From contig MU004231.1 of NCBI GenBank assembly GCA_010405405.1, positions 1 through 64,000 of the forward strand: DNA of 64,000 nt, written 5' to 3'. Below the pieces are notes generated by a model. It saw only the letters and a program-made list of their open reading frames with translations, made no database searches and was not told the origin of the DNA. This stretch comes from Microthyrium microscopicum (Eukaryota). Of this stretch, positions 49,220 through 61,281 are shown one piece after another (position 1 is the first letter of the stretch; the number at the start of each line of letters is the position of its first letter). The position numbers were made by a program, and so were the translations under genes.

Positions 49220-49949
49220 CTTGACGAAGGAAGGCGAATGGTGAAGAGTAGAGTAAGCATAGCGAGGTGTCGGAGCAATTGCCAGTAGTGATAGATCAGG
49301 CTCTTTTCTTGCCCTCAAAAGCAATACACACGATTTTGATATTTTCTCTTCGCAACTGGCATGTCTTTTGTTCCTCATCTATTCTTTCCATGAAGTATCC
49401 AAGATTCTCAAAGTTTGAAGTCTTATCTGGCTCTATGGCACGCGCGCTGTTCCGAGGTTTATAAACACCACGTCTTGGTAATTGGATCTAGTAGTTGAAG
49501 AGTCGTAAGTAATGGTAGCCCAGTACGTTGCTCATGTAAATCCAGATTGACGAGAGCATGGGACCAATAAATGAAACCTAAGGGTATGTCGTTAGGTAGA
49601 ACTTAGAAGACAATCGAACGATAAGACCAACGTCAAATGAAAAGGGGCAGGGGCGATGAAAGCATCGAATCTCTCGTTCGTATTCATTTGGCGCCCCTTT
49701 TCAACACCAAGACCTGCCTCGATCTGGCCATAAGCAGAAGCAGCCTGACGTCAAGCATTGTGATGAGTTCTTTTCATCTGACTTCGTCGTGGTTGGCAAC
49801 TGTTCTTGCAACGTCAATCGTGGGTCTGTCTGAAAGATGTCGCAGAGTGTTATGCTCTCCATGACACGAATGCGCTTTCTCATGTCAACGTGGACGCGTA
49901 TTCAAGACAGTAACTTCATCACCAAGGACGGCTTCGAGAATAAGCGGTC

Positions 49950-51872
49950 ATGTCACAAGCGCTTTATGAAGACCTAAAACTGGACGCGAACCAGACACGC
50001 GTTCTCGTACTGCAGCCATGCCGAAAAGACAAGGACCCCATCGTGTGTTACCTGGAGATTGTCGACTTGACTAGTGGATCATCTTCAATCAATTTTGAGG
50101 CACTATCTTACGTTTGGGGCAACCTATCTGACCGGCGCGATATTCAAATTGGGCCTCATGTTGTGGCCGTCACCCTGAACTTGGAGAAAGCGCTGCGCTG
50201 TCTTCGTGGTCGGAAGCGTAGTCGGCGACTATGGGTAGATGCCGTCTCAATTAATCAGAATGACATCCCGGAACGAAACTATCAGGTCAAGCTAATGTCT
50301 AGCATCTATCGAGATGCCAAAAAGGTACTCGTCTGGCTTGGTGAATCAGACAAGGACATTGAACGCACTGTCAAGTGGATGCGAAGATCTCTATCTCCGG
50401 GCTTCTTCGACGTCTCTATTGCCAAAGGGACCAATGACTCAAAATGGCATTCAAAAACAGATTCTCCTAAGGATATTCCTGCATCAAATCCAGTCACGAA
50501 TTGGTTCCGGAGGTCCCTGCTCTGCGGATCTGGTGAGATCGCCACAACTGACATCAAGTCGGATCATGGGATGCAAAAGCTGCTTGAAAACCCGTATTGG
50601 CAGCGAATGTGGACTTGTCAAGAGTTTGCACTGGCTAGTTGGGATCCCATTGTGATCTGCGGTCGAAGCTCTTTCGAGGCTAGTTATCTATGGCCAGCTT
50701 TGCACGCCAAAGGACTTCTTCAAGACATGTCGATGCTCTGGACGGAGGATGGGATTATCAACAACGGCTTTACCTCGAATTTCCCCAACATTCAGACATC
50801 TATCTTAATCAGACACGCTATGGACAACAGAGGATTGCTTCCGTACCGGCTCGAACCTAGTCTTGGTTTGTTCCTCAGCATGACTTGCGCCAGAGAATGT
50901 ATAGACCCCAAGGATAAGATATATGCGCTTTATGGATTGGTGCAGCATCAGGATACATTGCCTGCTGCGGACTACGAAAAGTCCACAGAAACTATTGTTA
51001 AGGAGACCTTGTCGTTCCTGATCAACGAAAGGGATGAGGTTGATGTTTATAGCTTCCTAGGCACCTTCTCAAAATCCGACAAAGTATCCTTTTCATCATG
51101 GGTCCCAAACCTATCAGATGGCAGCTTACGCTCCGCAAAATGCCCAGCACATTTCATCAGTCGTGAGATCTGCTCGCATGGTGGATTTCGATTTGGTGGC
51201 GCTCAAGATCAGCACAACGGTCGTGTTTCCCCGGACCTTACTACCCTCGTTGTCCACGGAATTCAGATTGACAGACTACAGAAGATATTTGTGTTGGGTA
51301 ACAACCTATCGCAACTGCGGACACAGATTATCGAAATTCAGGAATTGCTGAAACACAATCAATCCATCAATAGACGCGAGCTCTCAATGGTCAAAACAAG
51401 TGAAAATCAACGTCCTATAGCTGAGCTCATCAACAAACCAGGAGTACAAAACCTGTGGACAACTTTAGCTCCACGATTCGATGACAACCATGGCATCAAA
51501 GACATGGACTCTTTACCTGTCCAATTCGAAAAGTTTCTAGGCACCTCAGACATTGTTGACGGAGTATATCCAGGAATGCGAGCTTCTCCCGCCCTTGTGC
51601 AAGCTCTTGAACATATGTTTGGCCGGTCATTCTTCATTACAGAACAGGGAATATTCGGCGTGAGCGTCCCTGATGTCCAAGATGGCGATGAGCTTGCGCT
51701 ACTCTATGGCTTCAAAGTTCCATATATTCTGCGAAGAAGTCCTGAATACCTTGGCGCGCATTCAGAACCTTTCTTAATGGTAGGTGGAGCATATGTTTCG
51801 GGCGTGATGCTTGGTGAACTTGCTGCCGTGGAAGGCTTGAGTTCTCGCATGAAAGCTTTGAAGATAATATGA
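49950..51872 (+). CDS. HET-domain (heterokaryon incompatibility, HET-6-like) protein, 640 aa
   Basis: FEALSYVWG, LWVDAVSINQND…ERNYQVKLMSSIY, YWQRMWTCQE, DPKDKIYALYGL, SWVPN, C-terminal GD…PYILR…VGGAYVSGVM. Confidence 0.93.
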   Translation: MSQALYEDLKLDANQTRVLVLQPCRKDKDPIVCYLEIVDLTSGSSSINFEALSYVWGNLSDRRDIQIGPHVVAVTLNLEKALRCLRGRKRSRRLWVDAVSINQNDIPERNYQVKLMSSIYRDAKKVLVWLGESDKDIERTVKWMRRSLSPGFFDVSIAKGTNDSKWHSKTDSPKDIPASNPVTNWFRRSLLCGSGEIATTDIKSDHGMQKLLENPYWQRMWTCQEFALASWDPIVICGRSSFEASYLWPALHAKGLLQDMSMLWTEDGIINNGFTSNFPNIQTSILIRHAMDNRGLLPYRLEPSLGLFLSMTCARECIDPKDKIYALYGLVQHQDTLPAADYEKSTETIVKETLSFLINERDEVDVYSFLGTFSKSDKVSFSSWVPNLSDGSLRSAKCPAHFISREICSHGGFRFGGAQDQHNGRVSPDLTTLVVHGIQIDRLQKIFVLGNNLSQLRTQIIEIQELLKHNQSINRRELSMVKTSENQRPIAELINKPGVQNLWTTLAPRFDDNHGIKDMDSLPVQFEKFLGTSDIVDGVYPGMRASPALVQALEHMFGRSFFITEQGIFGVSVPDVQDGDELALLYGFKVPYILRRSPEYLGAHSEPFLMVGGAYVSGVMLGELAAVEGLSSRMKALKII

Positions 51873-52238
51873 TTCATCATATTGGTGAAGAAACCGAAGT
51901 ACCTGCTTTACGCGCTTATGATATCAGATCCCAAAAATGGGGCAAAAACGAAAATGTCAGAACACCGGTACGAATGAGCAGATACTACTCGTCAGTTGGA
52001 CTCGGATTCTAATGGCATTGTCATGATGACTTATATTTCTGATGAATAGAGCAACGTATATGACATTCGTTGAGGGTACCATTTCAAACGAACGAATTAC
52101 GTCTTATGCGAAATGAAATTGGAAATCGTAAGAAACAGATTCTGCTATCAATTGAAGTTGGGAGAAGGTTGCGTATTAGCACACATCACAGTCACTTCTC
52201 GACTGGATCTGAGGGATCAAAGTGATCTTTTGAGAGAA

Positions 52239-53546
52239 ATGTCCGACCCATGGAACTACCTATAAGGGAATGAACTCCGCAACCTTGCCTCGCGAACTTT
52301 CTCGTAACTGCACCATTGAACCATTCCGTAATTGCTTCTCTTTGGAGTCTGGACCGGACTTGACGTCGAACTGGAAGCTCTTTTTAGAGGCCCTTCTCTC
52401 CAATTCTTTCAAACTCGTTCCAGAGTCCATGCTATAGGCTTTCACACAACGAATCGAGCGACAGCGAGGAGATATCCACGGATCTTTGACACCTGCCTTT
52501 CATATCAGAAATCATGTAGCGAATGGCTAAGCTAGCAAGGAATTGCCCCTGGGAGTCTATGAGACCTCACTACCACCACGAACTGGCACCGAAATTGCCA
52601 ACTGCCTTGAAAAATCCTCCAAGCTACTAGACTTACTTATTACCCGGTGAAAGCCTTCAGAGCACGCATAGACCACCATTGAATTGATAAATCACGCTAT
52701 CACAATTTTCTGGCCTTTCAATGCTTCTCAACGAGTAGTATTCCTCCGCTAGAATATCGAGTACTCTGCCCTGAAAGCTATGGCTGTATTCTGGACATAG
52801 AGGCCGATGTGCTGACTTCCAGCTCATATCTCCTTCCAATCTGGGTATCACTGTTCTGCGGCCAAAGAAGTGTTTCAAGCTACGTGTAGCTCCTAGAAAC
52901 GTGGTTTTTATATGATGTGCAGTTCTAGTAAAGTTATCTGTGTATCGTATGATACCCAGCAAAGAATTTTGAGGCTTTGACTACTACTTCTATCAGAGTG
53001 TTGTGTATTATCGCCAACAATGCTTCAATAGGCTCTTCCGGTTTCTTGGGCAGCGGGTTTATCTCCTGCCACGGGATGTGTTCCAACTTGCAAATCCATC
53101 CATGCAGCAACTTAATGTTCACATATCGAATCATGGTGGATTGGCGCTAGTTAGCCCTACAAACGACCAACTGGTCCAACGATCAAGGGTTACCCATTAT
53201 GGACTTCAAGATGTTGTTGGGATAAACCCTGAGAACAGTATGAATTCCTTCTTTGAACCAAGAATCTGACTCGGAGCTTCGTAACAAAGCGATCATGGTC
53301 ACCTCGTGGACATTCTACGATTGGTATATGATCTATTCGATCAATCTAGCTCATAATCCTTCCCGAATGGTTAAATATTCCTTGCATCGAATCATCGATC
53401 ATCCCGACTTGAATAACTCTACTCTGCATGGCATTGAAACCCTGAACCCCTTCGGCAACGTGTCAAATGATCTAAGCTTCAATCGGAGCTTTGATATTCC
53501 AAGAAATGGTTTCCACATGGAAGCTTACTATCTATCGTCCTACTAG
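52239..53546 (+). pseudogene. Possible decayed gene of unknown family
   Basis: Chain of short protein-like + frames (52332-52535, 53003-53269, 53253-53546) separated by stops; no domain recognised and strand uncertain. Confidence 0.2.
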
Positions 53547-53773
53547 TTGTAGAACAAACTAACCAATCCGGCAATGGCCTCATCTACTGGGGCTTGAGAG
53601 CCTCCCAAGGATCGTCTAAGCATGGTAACTCTACGTGCTTTTACACACCCGCTCGCCAATTTCTGGTCACTGCGCCAGACGGTTGTCATTCTTACTTTTT
53701 GTGTTGGGTTCAGGTACTCCAAGCTTGTTGTTCAACGCACTCTTGGTGCTGGCTACGCCAGCTGAATGACGAG

Positions 53774-55498
53774 ATGTCCGAAATAGGGAAACCAGAGCCT
53801 GGAAGCGACATATTTTTCACCTCATATTTCATCCCGCTTTCAATCGTAGGCAAATGGCCTCCACCTAGCGGCGCAAATGCTGAGCGAAGGACCTGGTATG
53901 TGCCGTATGCGATATTTCTGCAGGTGATCGCTGCGCTGTGTGTCGCGATACGATTCTACGCCACTTATACAAAGCGAATACGGGCATTTGGAATTGATGA
54001 CGTTCTTATAATAGGTGGAATGGTAAGAATCAAGACGACAACTTGCTGTTGCGCATGCTGACTCAATTGAGGTATTCGCCATAGCCTTCACCGCCTCGTC
54101 AATATATGGTACGCATTTTCGATCCAAAAATCATCACCCTCACTGACATTAGTAAAGGCGTGCTCCATGCTGGGTTCGATACGCACATATGGGAAAATCT
54201 GCTTACAGGCGAACAAGCTGGATTTGTATGAACATTGAGATACTGCTTTTCAGACCACTCTAACAATCACAGGTCGCCTGGATCAGCGAGATATTGTTCC
54301 TCGCGAGTAATTGCTTGACTAAATTATCAGTCTTGCACTTTCAACGACGTTTGATACAACGAACCCATAATCCTATCATACTCCGCGCTATCGACCTCGG
54401 AATCGCTTTCACGATCGTCTACTTTTTCGCCTTCGTCCTCTTCCTCATGTTTGCTTGCTCACCAACGAATGCGTCTTGGAAATCAATGAACATTAATTAC
54501 AATCAGCCTTACAAATGCGTACACAGAAACGTTATTGACCCTATGGTTGGCGCTTTGTCTGCCGTCAGCGATGTCTACGCTTTAATTGTTCCAGAAATCC
54601 TCATATATAAGTTGCGCATGGAAAGAAAGAAGAAGGTGGTACTCTATATCATATTTGGTTCAGGTCTCATGCAAGTATACAGAATGAAACCTACCTGAAA
54701 GACATCTAACACCCCTATAGTGTATCTGGTGCAGGATTGGCACGAGCAGTCTGGCTAGGACGACTTTCAACAGACTCACTGCGAGATCTCACTTGGGTTG
54801 GGTATAACATTCTCGTTTGGACTCAATTGGAACAACAGGTAGCGCTGATTACTGCTTGCGCACCTGCACTGAAAGCTTTCATAAGCAATGTCAAGACTGG
54901 CGAGACTCGGACTGGAGGGTCAACCTACAAAGGATCAAATTACGGAACAGAGTTGAATTCTGGCAGTAACTTTCAGAGCGGTACAAACATGAAACTGGAG
55001 AAGGAAATTGCCTATAACAAAGGCATTTTGGTGGAGCAACGAGTATCATTGAACAGTGTCCTTATCTCATCTTCGGCATCTGGAAAATCTGCTTCAAAGC
55101 CTTTCAATGAGGTGACTGTTGAGACAAACAAACTGGACGACATCAACGAGATACAAGAAAGGCCTTCTTTCTCCTCTCCAACAAGAATGAGTCCCTCACC
55201 AGCGGACGAAATTCAAGATAGATCCTCGTTCTCATCACAAACAAGGTTGGATAAATCATATTCTTCATCGCGATCCGATCGGCCCAGCCCGGTAGAGGCC
55301 ACAGCATATTCTCCACATGCGACACGATATCCTATAGACGATTCACCCAAGGAACCGGCCTCAATATTACACGGCACGTTCTCACATTATCCAACAGAGC
55401 ATTACACACGCCCAGTGCCTGTTGCCAAAAATAGCTGGACTAACAAGCTTTCAAATCCAGCAAACCGATCAAAGGCGATGCGAGTGTTAGAAGGGTAA
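53774..55498 (+). CDS. Pth11-like (fungal rhodopsin-domain) integral membrane protein, no CFEM domain
   Basis: AIRFY…FGIDD, GFDTHIW, LTKLSVL, ACSP…W, DVYALIVP, WTQLEQQVALITACAPALK. Introns approx. 54022-54071, 54109-54157, 54226-54272 and a GC-AG intron 54671-54720. Confidence 0.9.
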
Positions 55499-55847
55499 AG
55501 CAGCCAACCTGAATTTGTTTTGAATACTTTTAACTTGACGATATAATGATACCCAACTTTAAGTTCTTGCAACCTAAGCTGAATTCCTGTGTCCATATAT
55601 GTTCTATTTCAGGAAATAATACGTTTCTTCTTTTCATTACTAGAATCAAACGGTCTCTCGTTCATATACATTAGATGAATATCATTTGTATCTTGAAGAG
55701 AATGACTGATGGTCAAAGTAACGCATTGGTGGGATGCTGATCCTACCTCGGATAAATCAGGCATCATTCAATTACCAAGTCGCAGCCTCAGCCTCATGCT
55801 ACCAACTTTTCCATTTCCTCTATCTCTTTTCAAGCGGTGTTGATAAG

Positions 55848-57035
55848 ATGGGCTTCAGCGGTACAGCTCTGTTGCCATTGGTGTCAGAAGCTGACATACA
55901 GGCCCTTCTCGTAGACATCGGACTTCCAAGAGCAACATCTGCTGTTCCGTTAAACGCGGCGGCAGACTATCATTCCATATACATACTCAGCTTCGACAGC
56001 CATCCAAAATTGACAGACCTAAGCGGCGACAGAGTATTAGAGAATGAGATCGTGGAACTCGTCCTTCGAGTGGCTGGAACACAAATACCCAGCACAAAAA
56101 CAATCAATGAGATTGCATCAATTGAATGGGTGCGCAAGAACACTGAGAACATTCCCGTGCCAATCATACTTCGCTTTGATGCTAGCACGACGAACGCCCT
56201 GAAGCATGAGTACACTCTGATGAGCAAGGTTTCGGGTATCAGCGTTGACAGAATCTACAACAACTTGAGCCAGACAGCAAAAGACTCTTTGGTTGAACAA
56301 CTTGCCTCAATCGTTCACGAATTACATTCGCACACCTGGGACCGTGTCGGTGGACTGGCATTTGATATCCAAGGCGACATTATTCCAGGCCTAGTTGTCG
56401 AGGAGACATTTTGGCAAACACAAGATCTACCACTCTGGAACGATGGCACCTTGCTTGAGGACTTGAATATTTCGGGACCTTTTTCGACTTATGGAGGATA
56501 TGCTCTTGCGCATCTGGGAAAATATAACTATATGATCAATAAACACTCGAAGCTTAAGCCTTTCAGGTCTCTTGAGCCACATATTCAAGCTCTGGAAAAG
56601 AGCATAGTCTTGAAAGCAGGTGCGGTCAACGATGTACGGTACATTCTAGCTCACAGGGACCTGCATTTTGGAAACATTCTTTGTGATCCGGAAACCTGCA
56701 AGATCACAGCAGTATTGGACTGGGAGTTTGCTGGTGTATGTCCAGCCTTTCGATGGAATCCGGTCAGAGCGTTTCTGTGGAATTGCCAGAAAATTGACCA
56801 GAGTCAAGATGAGAAAGACGCCCTTTTCCAGAAGTTCGAAGCCATCTGCCTATCAAGCTATCCACGACTATTAGAGGGAACTAAGCCAAATAAAACACAG
56901 GAATTGGTTAGCACGGCCATCAATCACTTGAGGGCGATAATCGAAGTCTCGGTCAAGGGTGGTGCAGTTGACAGGATTTCAGCATGGGAAAGTATATTCA
57001 CAGAGTCTGTAGATGCCCTTTCACATGTGGCTTGA
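55848..57035 (+). CDS. Aminoglycoside/choline phosphotransferase (APH) family kinase-like protein
   Basis: LVLRV, IPVP, LAHRDLHFGNIL, TAVLDWEFA. An upstream in-frame ATG exists at 55734. Confidence 0.88.
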   Translation: MGFSGTALLPLVSEADIQALLVDIGLPRATSAVPLNAAADYHSIYILSFDSHPKLTDLSGDRVLENEIVELVLRVAGTQIPSTKTINEIASIEWVRKNTENIPVPIILRFDASTTNALKHEYTLMSKVSGISVDRIYNNLSQTAKDSLVEQLASIVHELHSHTWDRVGGLAFDIQGDIIPGLVVEETFWQTQDLPLWNDGTLLEDLNISGPFSTYGGYALAHLGKYNYMINKHSKLKPFRSLEPHIQALEKSIVLKAGAVNDVRYILAHRDLHFGNILCDPETCKITAVLDWEFAGVCPAFRWNPVRAFLWNCQKIDQSQDEKDALFQKFEAICLSSYPRLLEGTKPNKTQELVSTAINHLRAIIEVSVKGGAVDRISAWESIFTESVDALSHVA

Positions 57036-57083
57036 TAAATCGTTCTTATAGTCGAAGGACCCAAGAAGGGTTTTGCAGTGCAA

Positions 57084-58376
57084 TTAATCCTCAGGTCTGT
57101 TTCCCCAGACAACTACAGTTCCTAGACCTGTTAGCAGAAATATATTTCTAAAAATCCGACGACTTACCATCTCCAGCAGCGCTGCACCACTCATCCCGTA
57201 CAGGACATTCTTGAACGCCGCTGACGACACTTTTCTTACTTGCCGGACCATCTTGAAAACGCTCATCATGCCACAGCTCATGCATAACCACTCCTGCGAG
57301 GATATCCCAGACAATGATTCTTCCATCTTCAGAACCACTGACGACAAGGCTGTCGTTTGCGGCCAAAGCACTTCGTAAACGATATGAAGTGTTGGAGAAC
57401 TTTGGCGACGTGAAAGACTGGAGCATTTTGCCTGAACTTTTGTCTATCAGAAGCAGAGTGGAATCGAGAGTGCTGACTAGATAAGCATCGCCTTTCCGTG
57501 TGGGAGTGATCGATGTAACAGAGTCTATTCATGTTGTTAGCAATAGCCTCACGTTAACGTGCACGTCTCGATAATGGTACTTACTCCCTATAACATCAGT
57601 CGATGTCTTGCCCATCCTGATATCATAAACTCGAACCCTCCCATCAACACTGCCAACAAAAATCTCAGCATCCACGACTGCTAAGCATGAAATGCTGTCC
57701 TTGGCATCAGACAAGGTCATTAGAGGCTTTGAATTGTTTGATTTGGTATCCCACATTTTCACCGTGGCATCAAAACTTCCTGTGACAGATTAGCTTTGAT
57801 TAAGTACGGCCATAAATATGTCCGAATTGTTTTCTAGAGATCGCATACCACTTATGATGACACCACCCTCGTCTTCACTACCGGCCCATGCGACAGCATT
57901 ACATCGTCCTCCATGACCTTCCCAGCGTCGAAGAACTGTTGCTTGTGCTACGTCCCATAGAATGACGTTCTTGTCGCCACCAACTGATGCGAATCGAGCA
58001 TTGTCGTACGAGACTGCGATGTCGAGAACTTCATGTGCATGGCCGGCATATGTCTGGATTAGGCCAGCTGGTCGGGCACCTGGAGGCTGCGGCTCAAGTG
58101 AGGCTTTGGCAGGATTATATAGCCTAATCAGGCGATCGGATGAGCCTGTCAGAATCTAGATGTCGTAAGTATTCACATACGGCGATAACTTGCGATAAAA
58201 TGAGCTTACGTATTGCGCCTCAGCCGATGAGTATGTGAGAGCATGAACTGGACCTTTGTGGAGTTAGTCTCAATTTGACCCGCGATTCTTGACTTTTTTA
58301 ATGGCATACCATTTGGACCAGATAGAATAGCGACAGGAGTCACTGGCAGAGTGCGGCCAGTAGTTTGTTGGGTCAT
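57084..58376 (-). CDS. WD40-repeat protein, MORG1/WDR83-like
   Basis: Multi-exon: ILTGSSDRLIRLYNP, IQTYAGHAHEVLDIAVSYDNARFASVGGDK, SFDATVKMWD, GSVDGRVRVYDIRMG, VSGSEDGRIIVWD, GTVVVWG. Confidence 0.88.
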
Positions 58377-58536
58377 CACATAATTCAAGAACAATGATGG
58401 GATGAAGTTGGAGATTAGAGTTTGACGCCACCAAAAAGTTGACGACTTTCCCACATCGCGACAAAGCTCTCGACGTCACCACCATCCAAACTCATCCTAC
58501 ATCCCGAACACCACACTTCTTCCATCCCTCAATTCT

Positions 58537-59187
58537 ATGCCATCAAACGTCGTAGGCTATCCCTCAGGTATCTGGCCCACTGTCCTATTCCTCTGCATCT
58601 TCCTCTCGGCCTTCTTCCCTGCTCAATTCATTGGCGTTGTCCAATATCCTTTCCGATCCTCAACTCCGATTAAGAAACCGATCAACGTACCCACCGGAAC
58701 AATGTCTTGGTTCCAGAAGACAATCACACTTCCCTCAAAATCGAGAGGTTCCTACCTTATCACAGACAATATTGTGAAAGAGCTTCCGGAAATCAAGCAA
58801 TACCGCGTTGGCGTCCTACACTTGTTCGTCCAGCATACTTCATGTGCCCTGAGCATGAATGAGAATTGGGACTCGGATGTCAGATCGGACATGAGCGATA
58901 CTCTTGATAGGCTTGTTCCTGAAGACAAGAAAGGAGACCTCTACAGACATAGCGCCGAGGGAAGCGATGACATGCCTGTAAGTTGTATACGCAGGATTCT
59001 GAGCTACTAGTACTAATCATCGAAGGCCCATGTCAAAAGCGCCTTGATCGGAAGCTCAGTCTCAATCCCCATTTCCGACGGAAAGTTGGCCACAGGCACA
59101 TGGCAAGGCATATGGTATCTCGAGTTCAGAACAGCAAAGCATTCGAGGAAGATAGTGGCAACAATCAACGGCGAAAAGACGGGTTAG
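58537..59187 (+). CDS. UPF0047/YjbQ family protein (core starts at ATG 58702)
   Basis: [11 protein letters not shown]…[51 protein letters not shown]; intron 58978-59025. Confidence 0.92.
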
Positions 59188-59275
59188 TAGCGTTGATGAC
59201 ACAGCTGCAGCTATGAAGTCAATAGAGCTTTTGTTCTCATGAATGATATTCTATATACAGAGCCATTTCAAGCAA

Positions 59276-60070
59276 TCAGTCATGCGGCTCGCTATCGTAT
59301 TTAGGCAGGGGTTTTCCCTCAAAGCCAGCAACAACAAAGTCTGCTGCCTCATCCTGCCACTTTGTTCCTTTGCCATTGTACACGAGATGGTTGGAGAACT
59401 CTCCTGGGTTCTTCGCATCGCAAGCTGGGTCTTTGGTGCCGCATCTCTCCAGCAACTTCTCCTGCAGTCCTTTGGGAAATGGCATCGCGGGATTCTTCTG
59501 TCCCGGATCACCATACATAACCAAGGCCACAATCTTTGCATACCACTTTGGATCAAAATCACTCATTGCGGTGGCGTTGCGTGTTGTTCGGGCACCCTGC
59601 GAATAGCCGACAAGTGCAAACTTCTGTTCCGGGCAAGCCGCGGTCTGCGTCTTGAGTCGGTTGATGATATCTTTTGCGCCAGTTGGCACTGAATTGGCAT
59701 CCATGCTTGCTGGATACTGGACGGCGTAGCCTCGAGAGTCGGGAAGTTTCTTGGTGACGCGAGCCACGAGAGGATCGCCCGCGATCAAGCCAAATGGGCC
59801 TGGCTCCGATGTGCCTCTTGCTATAGATTATCAGCACTCTACATCGCCGATAGTTTCAAAGAATCTGGTATACATACCTACGATGAGCTCATATTTGCTG
59901 CATCCTTTTGGCGCAGGACCCAGGGCAACCGGATTCTTTCCAAAGTCCTTGGGAATCCCTTTTCCCTTGGGCGCAGCTGGCTTGGGTTCAGTCTTGGGAG
60001 CTGCTGGCGCTTCTTGTGCTCGAACAGCGACGCTAGCCGCAAGAGTGGCAAGGAAAATGGCGACTTTCAT
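59276..60070 (-). CDS. Secreted cutinase (CE5), 245 aa
   Basis: Signal peptide, Lys/Pro-rich pro-region, ARGTSEPG, GYSQG nucleophile motif, DPAC, NHLVY; intron 59821-59877. Confidence 0.93.
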
Positions 60071-60855
60071 AGTGCAAACGAGTGTGTAGACAGTGATCGA
60101 ATACGTCAAATCTGTATGGCAATGGCGGTGCTTCTATAGTCTTGTTACCGACCGTCGCCATTGTGATTCCATAAAGCAATGCAATTACTTATTTATCATG
60201 CCGATTGCCCGTGGGTCTGTGTGCACATATGAGGGTTACTTAAGTACTGCCATGTAGTTTGTCAGTGGTATAGGGAGAAGTACGGTAGATAGCAGATTCT
60301 GGCATCGAGGAGTTTGCGTCAAATATAGTGACTTAAAGTCGGTACGATTACCGGTTTCGAGGAACCAACTGCAAGGGGCACTTAGATCTTGTATTGTTCT
60401 TAAGAAGGCATAAGCATCATATAGGTGAGTCTCATATAGGTCAATTTGATTACTTGGTTATTCGTGTTACTCTTAACTAGATCTATAAAGCAGGGTTTCG
60501 TGCCACGGAACTATAACAGTCCTGTCTTACAGCTGCGCTATTATTCCCAACCTCAGGCTTAAGACAGGTGCGAAGGGACTTGAGGAACCATGCTGTAGTT
60601 CGTAGTATATGCTAAGAAGATTTGGACACAATCGCAACCCAGAAGAGATTCTCAGAGTCGGGCTCCACTCCAACATTCCCAAACTCAAACAACATTATGG
60701 AAGGATCCATTGATCTTACGAGATTCGAGTATTTCAAGGCGGATACATGGAATCCTGTTTAAGACGCGAACGACGTGATTACATTCTGATACTAATAGCT
60801 ATTCAACGCTTCAATGCCATGATACCTGATAAAGGTGATATCAATATGCATGTGC

Positions 60856-61281
60856 CTAGACGAGGACAGACATAAGCTCCTTGGCCTTCTCTGGGTTCAA
60901 GCCTTCAGCACGCTTGATTTCTGCTCCATCCTTGAAGACAATAGCGGATGGGAATTCTGTAAGCTTGAGGTTCTCCTTTGCGGCAGGGAACTTCTCAACA
61001 TCAACGCTGAAGGAAGCGGTGTTGTGGGCATATGCCTTGGCAGCACTAAATATTTATTATGTTAGCAATTGACTGCGAGTTAGTTCGTGGTTACTTACTT
61101 CTCAGCCTTCTCTGGGATCTCGCCGGTGTGGGCGAAGATGATGACATACTTGTCCTTGGTGCCAACAGCCTTTTGGAAATCCTCCTTGCTAGAAAGGTGT
61201 GAGAGGAGATTAAGTATATATTGTACCAAATGCGTACCTGTGGAGTTGGGTGTGTTGGCTTTGGACTTCAGCGGTGGCCAT
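60856..61281 (-). CDS. Thioredoxin-fold protein lacking all cysteines, 107 aa
   Basis: Three exons (61281-61238, 61188-61099, 61045-60856) with canonical introns. Protein: MATAEVQSQHTQLHSKEDFQKAVGTKDKYVIIFAHTGEIPEKAENAAKAYAHNTASFSVDVEKFPAAKENLKLTEFPSAIVFKDGAEIKRAEGLNPEKAKELMSVLV. Not in the ORF track. Confidence 0.8.

Noticed and set aside
37391..57035. Classical secondary-metabolite gene cluster
   Set aside because: No NRPS, PKS, terpene synthase, DMATS or P450 gene in the window.
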